Source: Vicinamibacterales bacterium (GTDB taxonomy: Bacteria > Acidobacteriota > Vicinamibacteria > Vicinamibacterales > 2-12-FULL-66-21). Taken from it: a DNA stretch of 64,000 nt. Below are positions 28,548 through 38,340 of the stretch, one piece after another; position 1 is the stretch's first letter, and each line of letters begins with the position of its first letter. The stretch is from positions 2,833-66,832 of the forward strand of contig DATAEE010000391.1 of assembly GCA_036258175.1 (NCBI GenBank), written 5' to 3'. The translations under genes and the position numbers were made by a program. The notes below the pieces were generated by a model. The model was not told the origin of the DNA, searched no databases, and saw only the letters and a list, made by a program, of their open reading frames with translations.

Positions 28548-31500
28548 TTGTCTCGATCGCTTCCTCCGCTCTATCGTCCGGAGCTCGAACGTGACGCCTG
28601 CGGCGTCGGCCTCGTCGCCGACGCGCGAGGACGACGAAGTCACGGGATCGTCGAGCGTGCGCTCGACGCGCTCGCTAGGCTCGCGCATCGCGGCGCCGCG
28701 CGGCCCTCGTGTCCGGACGGCGCCGGGATCCTGACGCAGATTCCGTGGACTCTCTTCGCGCGCGAGCTGTCGACCCGGCGGCCGCGGGCGGGCGGGACGC
28801 GGATGGCGGGCATGTTCTTCTGGCCGGCGGGCGCGAAAGCGGTGGTTGCGCCGGCCATCGAGCGCGCGATCCGTTCAGCGGGCTGGCCGGTCGGGCAGTG
28901 GCGGCAGGTTCCGGTCGACGCGAGCGTGCTCGACCCCGTCGCCCGCTCTGCGCAGCCGGAGATCTGGCAGGCGATCGGGTTCGCCGACGGGACGCTGGCC
29001 GATCCCGATACCCGCCTTCACCGCGCCCGGCTCCGCATCGAGAAGTACGCCACCCGCATCAAGCTCGCCGGCTTCTCCGTCGTGTCGCTGTCCACCTCGA
29101 CGCTGGTGTACAAGGGGCTCGTCACGCCGGCGCAGCTGCCGGTTTTCTATCCAGACCTTCGCAGCCCCGCGTTCGACAGCGCGCTCGCGATCGTACACCA
29201 ACGCTTCAGCACCAACACGGCGCCGGAGTGGCGCCTCGCGCAGCCGTTCCGCATGCTCGCGCACAACGGGGAGATCGACACCATCCAGGGCAACCGCCTC
29301 TGGATGCGCGCGCGCGCCCGCGACCCGAAGTGTCTCGGCGCTTACGCCGGCGGGCGCGTCGTCGACGACACCGGCAGCGATTCGCAGAGCCTGGACGAGG
29401 CCGTCGAGCTCCTGCGCCACAGCGGATTCAGTCTGCCGCACGCGATCTCGCGCCTGCTGCCGCCCGCCTGGGAGCAGGACCGCGAGCTGGCGGCCGACGT
29501 CGCGGCGTTCTACGCCTACCAGGCGTGCTTCAGCGAACCGTGGGACGGTCCGGCGGCGATCGCGTTCACCGACGGGCGCGTCATCGGCGCGGCGCTCGAT
29601 CGCAATGGCTTCAGGCCGCTTCGCTACCTCCGGACCGCCGACGATCATCTGCTGCTCGGATCGGAGACCGGCATCTTTGACGTGAGTCCGTCCGAGGTCA
29701 TCACCCGAGGGCGCGTCGGCCCGGGCGGCATGATTGCCGTCGACACGGTCGCCGGCACCGTTCGCGAGACCGCCGCCATCCGCGCGTCGCTCGCGCGGCA
29801 GCGTCCGTACGGGCGGCTGCTCGCGCGCGCCGTCGTGAAGGTTGACGCCCCGCGGCGCGGGCGGATCCGTTCGCGCATGCCGGCCGGGGAGCTCCTCGTC
29901 GCCGAGCAGCGGCGCTTCGCGTACACGCGCGAAGAGATCGAGCTGATTCTCCGCGTCATGGCCGAGCACGGGGAGGAGGCGGTCGGCTCGATGGGGGACG
30001 ACACGCCGCCGGCGGCGCTGTCCCGGTCGTCGCGCATCCTTCCCGATTTCTTCCGTCAGCGCTTCGCGCAGGTCACGAATCCACCGATGGATCCGATCCG
30101 CGAAGCATGCGCGATGTCGCTTGGCGTCCTCATCGGCCCGCGCGCCGGCTATCTCGACGAGTCCGAACTGCTGCCGGAGGGCGGATTGGTCGGGCTCCCG
30201 TCGCCGATCCTCAGCGAGGACCAGTTTGGCCGGCTGCTTGGTCAATTCGGCCGGGAGGGCGTCGCGCGCATCCCGCTGGTGTTTCCAGCCGATGGCGGAG
30301 AGGATGCGCTGGAGTCGGCGCTCGAGGAAGTGGTCGCGACGGCGGCCGCGTCCGTGGACGCGGGCGCGAAGCTCCTCGTTCTCAGCGATCGTGACATCGA
30401 TCCGGGTCGCGCGCCGATCCCGGCGCTGCTGGGAACGGCGGCGGTGCATCACCGCCTCGCCGCGCGCGGCCGCCGGATGCGCGTCAGCCTCGTCGTCGAA
30501 ACCGGCGAAGCGCGCGATCCGCATCAGATCGCCACGCTGTTCGCCTACGGCGCGGCTGCGGTCTTCCCCTATCTCGCGTACGCGACGGTCGCGTCGCTCA
30601 TGCCGCGCGGGCGCATCGGCGCGGGGGTCGAGCGGTATCGGCAGACGCTCGAACACGGGCTGCTGAAGATCTTCTCGAAGATGGGCGTGAGCACGTTCAG
30701 TGGGTATTGCGGTGGGCAGCAGTTCGAGACTCTCGGCCTCGACCGTTCGATCGTGGATCGCTTCTTCCCCGGGACGCCGTCGCCGCTCGGCGGCTTGACG
30801 CTCCGCGATCTGGCAGCGCAGATTCTGAGCCGGCAAACCGCCGGCGTACCCGCGTTCCCCGGGTTTCATACCTACCGGCGCGATGGCGAGTATCACGCCA
30901 ACAATCCCGTGATCGTGCGCCAGCTCCATCGCGCGGCCGGTTCGCAGAACGAAGAAGCGTACGACGCGTTCGCGCGTCTCGTCGTCGAACGGCCGCCGAC
31001 GGCGCTGAGAGATCTTCTCGAATTTCGCGCGGCGGAGGCGGTCGCCATCGAAGAAGTCGAACCGGCCGACGAGATCTGCCGCCGCTTCTTCGCGTCAGCG
31101 ATGTCGGTGGGCGCGTTGAGCCCCGAAGCGCATCGGACGATTGCGATCGCGATGAACCGGCTCGGCGGCCGCAGCAACAGTGGTGAAGGCGGCGAGGAGC
31201 CCGAGCGGTATCGCCGCCGCGAGGGATCGGACTGGGCGGGAAGTGCGATCAAACAGATCGCGTCGGCGCGGTTCGGCGTGACGCCCGCATATCTGATTTC
31301 GGCGGATGAGATCCAGATCAAGATTGCACAGGGATCGAAGCCGGGCGAGGGCGGGCAGCTTCCGGCCGTCAAGGTCGTCGATCACATCGCGCGGCTGCGG
31401 CACGCGCAGTCAGGCATCACGCTGATCTCGCCGCCGGTCCATCACGACATCTACAGCATCGAGGATCTCGCGCAGCTGGTGTTCGACCTGAAGCGGTTTC

Positions 31501-32969
31501 ATCCGGTCGCGCGGATCGGCGTCAAGCTGGTCGCGCAGACCGGCGTTGGGATTGTCGCCGCCGGCGTCGTCAAGGCCGGAGCCGACGCCGTGCAGATCAG
31601 CGGACACGATGGCGGCACGGGTGCGTCGCCGCGCGCGTCGATCAAGCACGTCGGCATGCCCTGGGAGCTGGGCCTGGCCGAGGCGCAGCAGGTACTCGAA
31701 CATCATGGCCTGAGGGACCGTGTCCGGTTGCAAGTGGACGGCGGCTTGAAGATCGGGCGAGACATCGCGATCGCCGCCGCCCTTGGCGCGGATGAATTCG
31801 GGTTCGGCACAGCCGCCGTCGTCGCCATCGGCTGCGTCATGGCGCGCCAGTGCCATCTGAATACCTGCCCGGTCGGGATCGCGACGCAGCGTCCCGATCT
31901 GCGGGGCCGCTTTGCCGGAACGCCCGACATGCTCGTCGCCTACTTCCGGCTGCTCGCTGAGGACGTGCGGCGGATGCTCGCCCGTGTCGGGCTCCGGCGC
32001 CTTGACGATCTGATCGGTCGATCCGATCTGCTTTCGGCGCGAGACGGTGGCTCGGCCCGCCTCGACGTCACGCCGCTTCTGGCGAGACCGCAAGAAGTTC
32101 GGCTCGAGCCGGAAACCACCTGCGACGGTGTGGCGCCAGGCTTTAGCCTGGCGGGTCTCGACACAATCGATGACGAACTCCTCAGCGTCGTCAGCCCGCA
32201 GCACCCCCTCGAGCTGTGCGGCACCGTTCGAAACACGGATCGAGCGGTCGGTGCGCGGCTCGCCGGCCGAATCGCGGCACGCTTCGGCGACGCGGGCCTG
32301 CCGGATGGTTCGATCCGAATCGCGCTCGCGGGATCGGCGGGACAGAGCTTCGGCGCGTTCATGCTGCCGGGCATGTGGCTGCACCTGACGGGCGACGCGA
32401 ATGATTACGTCGGAAAGGGTATGCACGGCGGCGAGATCGTGATCAGACCGGCGTCGACGTCAGGCGCCGGGGGCGTGATCGTGGGCAACACGGTTCTCTA
32501 CGGCGCCACGGGCGGGCGCGCGTTCATCGCCGGAGCCGCGGGCGAGCGCTTCGCCGTACGCAACAGCGGCGCGACCGCCGTCGTCGAGGGGGTCGGGGAT
32601 CATGCCTGCGAATACATGACCGGCGGACGCGTCGTCGTGCTCGGCTTGACTGGACGGAACTTCGCCGCCGGAATGACCGGCGGTAGTGCTTTCGTCCTCG
32701 ATTCCACACGCGGTTTTCAGCAGCGTTGCAACAACGCGATGGTCGACGTCGTGTCGCTCGATGAAGACGATTGGGACGAGTTGACGGTGCTGCTGACGCT
32801 GCATCATGAGCTCACCGCCAGCCGGACGGCGCGACAGTTGCTCGAAATCGGCAGTGAAGCGGCGACCGCGTTTTGGAAGATCGTTCCGAAGGGCCAGCCA
32901 GCGCGACAGGAGCGCGACGAGCGCACCACGTTCGAGATCGCGGCCGCACCAGCTCAGGCGTTCCAGTAG
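28548..32969 (+). CDS. gltB: Glutamate synthase large subunit
   Basis: TTG start. N-terminal amidotransferase ERDACGVGLVAD. FMN/Fe-S region SGEGGE, KIAQGSKPGEGGQLP and ISGHDGGTGASP. C-terminal GXGXG beta-helix domain. Confidence 0.9.
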   Translation: MSRSLPPLYRPELERDACGVGLVADARGRRSHGIVERALDALARLAHRGAARPSCPDGAGILTQIPWTLFARELSTRRPRAGGTRMAGMFFWPAGAKAVVAPAIERAIRSAGWPVGQWRQVPVDASVLDPVARSAQPEIWQAIGFADGTLADPDTRLHRARLRIEKYATRIKLAGFSVVSLSTSTLVYKGLVTPAQLPVFYPDLRSPAFDSALAIVHQRFSTNTAPEWRLAQPFRMLAHNGEIDTIQGNRLWMRARARDPKCLGAYAGGRVVDDTGSDSQSLDEAVELLRHSGFSLPHAISRLLPPAWEQDRELAADVAAFYAYQACFSEPWDGPAAIAFTDGRVIGAALDRNGFRPLRYLRTADDHLLLGSETGIFDVSPSEVITRGRVGPGGMIAVDTVAGTVRETAAIRASLARQRPYGRLLARAVVKVDAPRRGRIRSRMPAGELLVAEQRRFAYTREEIELILRVMAEHGEEAVGSMGDDTPPAALSRSSRILPDFFRQRFAQVTNPPMDPIREACAMSLGVLIGPRAGYLDESELLPEGGLVGLPSPILSEDQFGRLLGQFGREGVARIPLVFPADGGEDALESALEEVVATAAASVDAGAKLLVLSDRDIDPGRAPIPALLGTAAVHHRLAARGRRMRVSLVVETGEARDPHQIATLFAYGAAAVFPYLAYATVASLMPRGRIGAGVERYRQTLEHGLLKIFSKMGVSTFSGYCGGQQFETLGLDRSIVDRFFPGTPSPLGGLTLRDLAAQILSRQTAGVPAFPGFHTYRRDGEYHANNPVIVRQLHRAAGSQNEEAYDAFARLVVERPPTALRDLLEFRAAEAVAIEEVEPADEICRRFFASAMSVGALSPEAHRTIAIAMNRLGGRSNSGEGGEEPERYRRREGSDWAGSAIKQIASARFGVTPAYLISADEIQIKIAQGSKPGEGGQLPAVKVVDHIARLRHAQSGITLISPPVHHDIYSIEDLAQLVFDLKRFHPVARIGVKLVAQTGVGIVAAGVVKAGADAVQISGHDGGTGASPRASIKHVGMPWELGLAEAQQVLEHHGLRDRVRLQVDGGLKIGRDIAIAAALGADEFGFGTAAVVAIGCVMARQCHLNTCPVGIATQRPDLRGRFAGTPDMLVAYFRLLAEDVRRMLARVGLRRLDDLIGRSDLLSARDGGSARLDVTPLLARPQEVRLEPETTCDGVAPGFSLAGLDTIDDELLSVVSPQHPLELCGTVRNTDRAVGARLAGRIAARFGDAGLPDGSIRIALAGSAGQSFGAFMLPGMWLHLTGDANDYVGKGMHGGEIVIRPASTSGAGGVIVGNTVLYGATGGRAFIAGAAGERFAVRNSGATAVVEGVGDHACEYMTGGRVVVLGLTGRNFAAGMTGGSAFVLDSTRGFQQRCNNAMVDVVSLDEDDWDELTVLLTLHHELTASRTARQLLEIGSEAATAFWKIVPKGQPARQERDERTTFEIAAAPAQAFQ

Positions 32970-33007
32970 AAACCCCTCACTCCCGCCGCAGCGTTTAGAA
33001 TTCAGTA

Positions 33008-33646
33008 ATGAAGTCGATGCTGAAGGCGTTGGGGCTGCTCGTCCTGCTGCTCGTGATCTTCGGCGCGGTCGGTATCTGGTACCTCATGAGCACGGGCCTC
33101 AGTGCACGCGAGGAACCGGGAGCTCTGGAGGCCGTCGCGGCGAGGCGCGCGCGGACGCTGGCGATCGCCCGGCACGCGCGCTCGTTGCAGAACCCTGTCG
33201 CGTACTCGGATGACGTTGTCGCTTCAGGGCGTGCGCACTTTGCCGATCATTGCGCCAGCTGTCATGCCAACGACGGCAGCGGTGAAACAGAGATAGGCCG
33301 CGGCCTGTATCCCCGGGCGCCCGACATGCGCGCGTCCGCGACGCAGGAGCTCTCCGACGGGGAGCTCTTCTGGATCATCGAAAACGGCATCCGGTTCACC
33401 GGGATGCCGGCGTGGAGCACCGGCACGAAGGAAGGCCAGGAGGCGAGCTGGCATCTCGTGCACTTCATCCGGCGACTGCCGAAGTTGACGAAGGCTGAGA
33501 TCGAAGAAATGGAGGCGCTCAATCCGCGCTCGCCGGCGGAGCTCGAGGACGAGAAAGCGATCGAAGAGTTTCTGCGGGGCGGGGACAAATCAAGGTCCTC
33601 GCCGGCGCAGCCGAAGCATAGACATCCCGGAGACAGCGATGAATAG
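33008..33646 (+). CDS. Membrane-anchored mono-haem c-type cytochrome
   Basis: N-terminal TM LLVLLLVIFGAVGIWYL. Haem motif CASCH. Distal GMPAW. Confidence 0.8.
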   Translation: MKSMLKALGLLVLLLVIFGAVGIWYLMSTGLSAREEPGALEAVAARRARTLAIARHARSLQNPVAYSDDVVASGRAHFADHCASCHANDGSGETEIGRGLYPRAPDMRASATQELSDGELFWIIENGIRFTGMPAWSTGTKEGQEASWHLVHFIRRLPKLTKAEIEEMEALNPRSPAELEDEKAIEEFLRGGDKSRSSPAQPKHRHPGDSDE

Positions 33647-33968
33647 TGTTCGAGCGATTCTGTTGTATGCCACTGCGATAGCCCTGTGCCTGGCGCCGTT
33701 CGTGTACGCGCACGAAGGGCACGACCACAAGGTCATGGGAACCGTTGCGAAGATCCAGGAGAGCCAGCTGGAGGTCCAGGGGCAGGACGGGAAGACCGTC
33801 ACGGTGACCCTGAACGATCAGACCAAGATCCTGCGCGGCAAGCAGAAAACGGCGAAGACGGAGATCAAGGAAGGCGAGCGCGTGGTCGTGATCTACACCA
33901 CCACGAAGGACAAGGTTTCCGTGGCGAAAGAGGTCAGGCTGGCGGCGCAGACGACAACAACGCACTAG
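33639..33968 (+). CDS. Small secreted His-rich protein (OB/DUF5666-like)
   Basis: Signal peptide, then AHEGHDHKVMGTV. The sequence is beta-rich. There is an 8-nt overlap with the cytochrome gene. Confidence 0.65.
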   Translation: MNSVRAILLYATAIALCLAPFVYAHEGHDHKVMGTVAKIQESQLEVQGQDGKTVTVTLNDQTKILRGKQKTAKTEIKEGERVVVIYTTTKDKVSVAKEVRLAAQTTTTH

Positions 33969-33984
33969 CTGACTCGAACCGTTC

Positions 33985-34689
33985 ATGACGCGAGCGTTCC
34001 GTGCCCCAGCGGTATCGGCGTGTGTGGCGCTCGCGTTCGTGATCAGCCAGCCGCCGTCCACTGGCGCCATAGAAGGCCGTGTGAGCTTCGAAGGGACGCC
34101 GCCGGCGCCGACGTTCGTGGTGGAAGGTGGCCGCACGCAGCAAGTGCTGTACGTAGATAAGAGCGGCGGCCTGCAGTACGCAGTGGTCTATTTGAACGTT
34201 TCTCGGGGCGGTCCGACTGACGCGCCGCCCGCAACGCTGAACCAGCGCGACTTCATCTTCGAACCGCAGGTGCTTGCGGTCAGTGCCGGGCAACCGGTCC
34301 GGTTCACGAGCGACGATCCAGCCAACCACAACGTTCGGTCGGACGCGAAGGGCCGCAACGCTTTCAGCGTAAACACCGCCGCCGGGTCGCCGGCCCCGCC
34401 GCCACGGACGTTCGCTCCGACCTCGCCGGATGATCCCGTGGTGGTCTCGTGTGACATCCACCCCTGGATGATCGCGTGGGTCTACGCGTTCGAGCGCGAT
34501 CGGTTCAGCGTGACGGACGCACGCGGCCGCTTTAGGTTCGAAAACGTGCCGCCCGGACAGTACCGCATCGGCGTCCGCCAGCCCGCCGGGCGGCTGACCC
34601 GCGACGTGGCCGTCGAGGTCGCGGCCGGCAGGACCGCTACTGTTGACGTGCGCTTCACGCAGAGCGACCTTGCGGTCCCGACGCGGTGA
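33985..34689 (+). CDS. Cupredoxin (type-1 copper site) protein with a C-terminal carboxypeptidase-regulatory-like domain
   Basis: His in DDPANHNV plus CDIHPWM supply the Cys-His-Met ligands. The C-terminus RFRFENVPPGQYRI is CarboxypepD_reg-like. Confidence 0.7.
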   Translation: MTRAFRAPAVSACVALAFVISQPPSTGAIEGRVSFEGTPPAPTFVVEGGRTQQVLYVDKSGGLQYAVVYLNVSRGGPTDAPPATLNQRDFIFEPQVLAVSAGQPVRFTSDDPANHNVRSDAKGRNAFSVNTAAGSPAPPPRTFAPTSPDDPVVVSCDIHPWMIAWVYAFERDRFSVTDARGRFRFENVPPGQYRIGVRQPAGRLTRDVAVEVAAGRTATVDVRFTQSDLAVPTR

Positions 34690-34728
34690 TCTGCGTCGTC
34701 ACTCCATCGCGTATGATGTGCTCGTTTT

Positions 34729-35031
34729 ATGCGGCTGACTGAACGCGAAATCGACAAACTCCTGATCTTCACGGCGGCGGAGGTGGCGCGGCGACGGCGG
34801 GACCGCGGGCTCAAGCTGAATCATCCTGAAGCGGTCGCGCTCATCACCGCCGAGGTGCTCGAAGGCATTCGCGACGGCCGCTCGGTCGCGGATCTCATGA
34901 CGCTCGGCATGAAGATTCTGACGCGTGACGACGTGATGGATGGTGTCCCCGAGATGATCAAAGAAATCCAGGTCGAGGGAACGTTTCCCGACGGCACGAA
35001 GCTCGTAACGGTCCACGACCCGATCAGATGA
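34729..35031 (+). CDS. ureA: Urease gamma subunit
   Basis: [39 protein letters not shown] is near-canonical UreA. Confidence 0.95.
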   Translation: MRLTEREIDKLLIFTAAEVARRRRDRGLKLNHPEAVALITAEVLEGIRDGRSVADLMTLGMKILTRDDVMDGVPEMIKEIQVEGTFPDGTKLVTVHDPIR

Positions 35032-35078
35032 ACCCGGAACCCATGGAACCTGTGGAACCCATGGAACCCATGGAACCT
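35031..35078. repeat. 9-bp-periodic tandem array of GGAACC units (reverse complement of the GGTTCC arrays)
   Basis: AACCCGGAACC CATGGAACC TGTGGAACC CATGGAACC CATGGAACC, in the ureA-ureB spacer. Confidence 0.85.
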
Positions 35079-35088
35079 TGTTGTTGAT

Positions 35089-35457
35089 ATGCATCCCGGC
35101 GAGTGGATTCTCGACGACGGAGATATCGAACTGAACGCGGGGCGGCGGGGGCTGACGCTGCGCGTCGATAATCTGGGCGACCGGCCGATTCAGGTCGGCT
35201 CGCACACACATTTCTTTGAAGTGAATCGCTTTCTCAAGTTCGATCGCGCGCGCGCCTACGGTTGTCGCCTGAACATCCCGGCAGGGACGGCATTGCGGTT
35301 CGAACCTGGCGAAGGGCGCGAGGTCGAGCTCGTGGAGCTCGCCGGGGCCCGACGCGTCTACGGGATGAACGCGCTCGTCAATGGATCGCTCGACGACGAT
35401 CGCGATCGCGCTCTCGACCGTGCGCGCACGGCCGGCTTCCTCGAACCCCCGCGATGA
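35089..35457 (+). CDS. ureB: Urease beta subunit
   Basis: [31 protein letters not shown]. Confidence 0.95.
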   Translation: MHPGEWILDDGDIELNAGRRGLTLRVDNLGDRPIQVGSHTHFFEVNRFLKFDRARAYGCRLNIPAGTALRFEPGEGREVELVELAGARRVYGMNALVNGSLDDDRDRALDRARTAGFLEPPR

Positions 35458-37160
35458 AGATCCCGCGCCGCTCCTACGCGAATCTCTACGGTCCGACCGC
35501 GGGTGACCGGGTCCGGCTCGGCGATACCCGACTCATCCTGAAAATCGACCGCGACTTCGTGAGTTACGGCGAAGAGGTCGTGTTCGGTGGCGGGAAGGTT
35601 ATTCGCGACGGTCAGGGGCAGTCGCAGCGGTCGCGTGCGGAAGGCGCACCGGATCTCGTCATCACCAACGTCATCGTGCTCGATCACTGGGGCATCGTGA
35701 AGGCAGACGTCGGCGTGCGGGACGGGAAGATTTCCGCGATCGGCAAGGCGGGGAATCCCGACATCCAGGAGGGCGTGACCGCCGGCCTCGAGATCGGCGC
35801 CTCCACCGAAATCGTCGCCGGCGAAGGGAAGATCCTCACGGCCGGCGGCATCGATGCGCACATTCATTTCATCAGCCCGCAGCAGGCCATCGAAGCACTC
35901 TATTCGGGCGTGACGACGATGATTGGAGGTGGCACCGGTCCTGCGGACGGAACGAACGCGACGACGTGCACGCCCGGCGCATGGTATCTGCATCGTATGA
36001 TCGAGGCCGCTGAAGGCCTGCCGCTCAACTTCGGTTTCCTGGGCAAGGGAAACGCCTCGAAGCCGGAGCCGCTCGTCGAGCAGATTATGGCGGGCGCAAT
36101 CGGCCTCAAGCTGCACGAGGACTGGGGCACGACTCCGGCCGCTATCGACACGGCGCTGTCCGTCGCCGACGAGCACGATGTGCAGATCGCGATTCACACC
36201 GACACGCTCAACGAGTCGGGCTTCGTGGAAGACACGATCGCGGCAATCAAAGGACGGACGATTCACACGTACCACAGTGAAGGGGCCGGCGGCGGGCACG
36301 CTCCCGACATCCTTCGAGTCTGTGCGCAGCCGAACGTGCTGCCGTCGAGCACGAATCCGACGATGCCGTACACGGTGAATACGCTGGACGAGCATCTCGA
36401 CATGCTGATGGTCTGCCACCATCTGAACGCGCAGGTGCCGGAAGATGTTGCGTTCGCCGAGTCGCGGATCAGGCCGGAGACGATGGCGGCGGAGGACGTG
36501 CTGCACGACTTGGGCGCCATCAGCATGATGTCGTCCGACTCGCAGGCCATGGGCCGCGTCGGCGAAGTGATCGCGCGCACGTGGCAGACCGCGCACGTGA
36601 TGAAGGACACCCGCGGCGCGTTGCCGGGGGACACGGCGGAAAGCGACAACCTCCGCATCCGCCGCTACGTCGCGAAGTACACCATCAACCCCGCGCGGAC
36701 CCACGGCATCGCCGACTATGTCGGCTCGATCGAAGTCGGAAAGTACGCGGATCTGGTGCTGTGGTCGCCGGCGTTTTTCGGCATCAAGCCGGATCTGGTC
36801 ATCAAGAGCGGCATGATCGTCGCGGCGCTGATGGGCGATCCGAACGCCTCAATCCCGACGCCGCAGCCCGTCCGGTACCGGCCGATGTTCGGCGCGTTCG
36901 GCCGTGCACCCGAATCGCTCGCGTTCACGTTCGTATCGCGCGTATCGATGGAGCGTGGATCTCTGGGATGCCGAGTCCGGCGCACGGTGCTGCCGGTCCG
37001 GAACACCCGATCGCTCGGCAAGCGGGACATGGCGCTCAACGACGCCTTGCCGCGGATCGAAGTGGATCCGGAGAGCTACACTGTCACGATTGACGGCGAG
37101 AGGATTGTGCCGCGCGGGGCGGCCGTCCTGCCGCTCGCCCAGAGGTACTTTCTATTCTGA
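35454..37160 (+). CDS. ureC: Urease alpha subunit
   Basis: ATG 35454 with an ATGA overlap with ure[29 protein letters not shown] and TINPA. Confidence 0.95.
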   Translation: MKIPRRSYANLYGPTAGDRVRLGDTRLILKIDRDFVSYGEEVVFGGGKVIRDGQGQSQRSRAEGAPDLVITNVIVLDHWGIVKADVGVRDGKISAIGKAGNPDIQEGVTAGLEIGASTEIVAGEGKILTAGGIDAHIHFISPQQAIEALYSGVTTMIGGGTGPADGTNATTCTPGAWYLHRMIEAAEGLPLNFGFLGKGNASKPEPLVEQIMAGAIGLKLHEDWGTTPAAIDTALSVADEHDVQIAIHTDTLNESGFVEDTIAAIKGRTIHTYHSEGAGGGHAPDILRVCAQPNVLPSSTNPTMPYTVNTLDEHLDMLMVCHHLNAQVPEDVAFAESRIRPETMAAEDVLHDLGAISMMSSDSQAMGRVGEVIARTWQTAHVMKDTRGALPGDTAESDNLRIRRYVAKYTINPARTHGIADYVGSIEVGKYADLVLWSPAFFGIKPDLVIKSGMIVAALMGDPNASIPTPQPVRYRPMFGAFGRAPESLAFTFVSRVSMERGSLGCRVRRTVLPVRNTRSLGKRDMALNDALPRIEVDPESYTVTIDGERIVPRGAAVLPLAQRYFLF

Positions 37161-37177
37161 CGAGGCTAAAGCCTCGT
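37160..37177. repeat. Intercistronic hairpin ACGAGGC-TAAA-GCCTCGT
   Basis: A 7-bp stem immediately after the ureC stop. Confidence 0.6.
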
Positions 37178-37189
37178 AATACAGACGTT

Positions 37190-37630
37190 ATGGTCGTTAT
37201 CCAATCTCTGAGTCACCACCATCCCGCGCGGCCCGGCGGCCGCCGAGTCGTCGAGATTCCGATGAGCGCGGAGGATCGCCGGCGCGTCAGGCGCCGGATC
37301 GAAGCGCCGGACGGCGCGGTCTTCGCGCTCGAATTGCCGACCGGCACGGTCCTGCATCCCGGACAGGTGTTGCACGAGCTGCCCGATCGCTTGTACGTAG
37401 TCGGCGCGGCCCCCGAGGACGTGCTGCTCGTCCGTCCGCGCGACTGGCGCGAGGCGGCGCGCGTCGCCCACATGATCGGCAATCTCCATCGGGAGATCGA
37501 TCTCCAGGACGAGGGCATCATCGTACTCTACGACCCGATGCTGTTGGAGCGGCTGCGGCGCGCGGGCATTCCGGCCGGACGCACGCACCTGCCGTTCCGC
37601 GGCAATCCGCCGTCCGAACATAAGCACTGA
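37190..37630 (+). CDS. ureE: Urease accessory protein UreE
   Basis: The position in the operon and AHMIGNLHREIDL fit the conserved UreE core. His clusters SHHH and EHKH lie at the termini. Confidence 0.85.
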   Translation: MVVIQSLSHHHPARPGGRRVVEIPMSAEDRRRVRRRIEAPDGAVFALELPTGTVLHPGQVLHELPDRLYVVGAAPEDVLLVRPRDWREAARVAHMIGNLHREIDLQDEGIIVLYDPMLLERLRRAGIPAGRTHLPFRGNPPSEHKH

Positions 37631-37646
37631 CCGTTCTGGGGCAGCC

Positions 37647-37664
37647 GCAGCCCTAAAGGGCTGC
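37647..37664. repeat. REP-type hairpin GCAGCCC-TAAA-GGGCTGC in the ureE-ureF spacer
   Basis: The stem is the same as at 21519, 26715 and 49343. Confidence 0.7.
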
Positions 37665-37674
37665 GCCACCAAGA

Positions 37675-38340
37675 ATGACGAATCTCTCTTTCCTGCGTCT
37701 GCAGCAGCTCTTCGACTCGCAGTTTCCGATCGGCGCGTTCGCGCACTCGGGCGGGCTCGAGACCTATGCGGGCACCGGCCTGGATCTCGCGGGGCTCCGC
37801 GAGCTGTTGGCGAACGAGATCGCGCTCGGCTGGAGCCGCGGCGATCTCGCCGCGGTTCGGTTGGCTTGGCGTGAGGCGGCCGAACCAGATGCGGCTGAAC
37901 GCCTGGACGCCCTCGCGCGGCGCGTGGACGCGTACAAAGTGATCCGGAGCGTGCGCGACACGAGCCTACGGCTTGGCGCGCGCCTGGAGTCGCTCGTGCG
38001 CCGGCTGCATCCGGCTGTGGCCGGCTCGCTGGACGTCCGTCCGACGCATTACGCGGTCGTCGCCGGCACAGCCGGACGCCTGCTCGATCTGCCGCTTCGG
38101 GAGCTGCTGCTCGCGTTCGGTCAATCGACGATCGCCGCATCGCTCGCCGCGGCCACCCGCTGCATGCCCGTCAGCCCCGCGCAAGCGCAGTCGACGCTGA
38201 TCGATCTCCAGCCGGCAGTCGCCGCGGCGGTCGAACGCGTGCTCGGTGACGATTCCGGCGTGCTCTTCACCTGCACGCCCGCGCTCGACATTCGGAACCA
38301 CGAACAGGCGTTCCTTCACACGAGGCTTTTTCAATCATGA
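37675..38340 (+). CDS. ureF: Urease accessory protein UreF
   Basis: [25 protein letters not shown]. Confidence 0.9.
   Translation: MTNLSFLRLQQLFDSQFPIGAFAHSGGLETYAGTGLDLAGLRELLANEIALGWSRGDLAAVRLAWREAAEPDAAERLDALARRVDAYKVIRSVRDTSLRLGARLESLVRRLHPAVAGSLDVRPTHYAVVAGTAGRLLDLPLRELLLAFGQSTIAASLAAATRCMPVSPAQAQSTLIDLQPAVAAAVERVLGDDSGVLFTCTPALDIRNHEQAFLHTRLFQS

Noticed and set aside
28875-32426. Long minus-strand ORFs (684 aa and 338 aa) inside gltB.
   Set aside because: They lie opposite an unambiguous glutamate synthase reading frame and carry no motifs. They are shadow ORFs.
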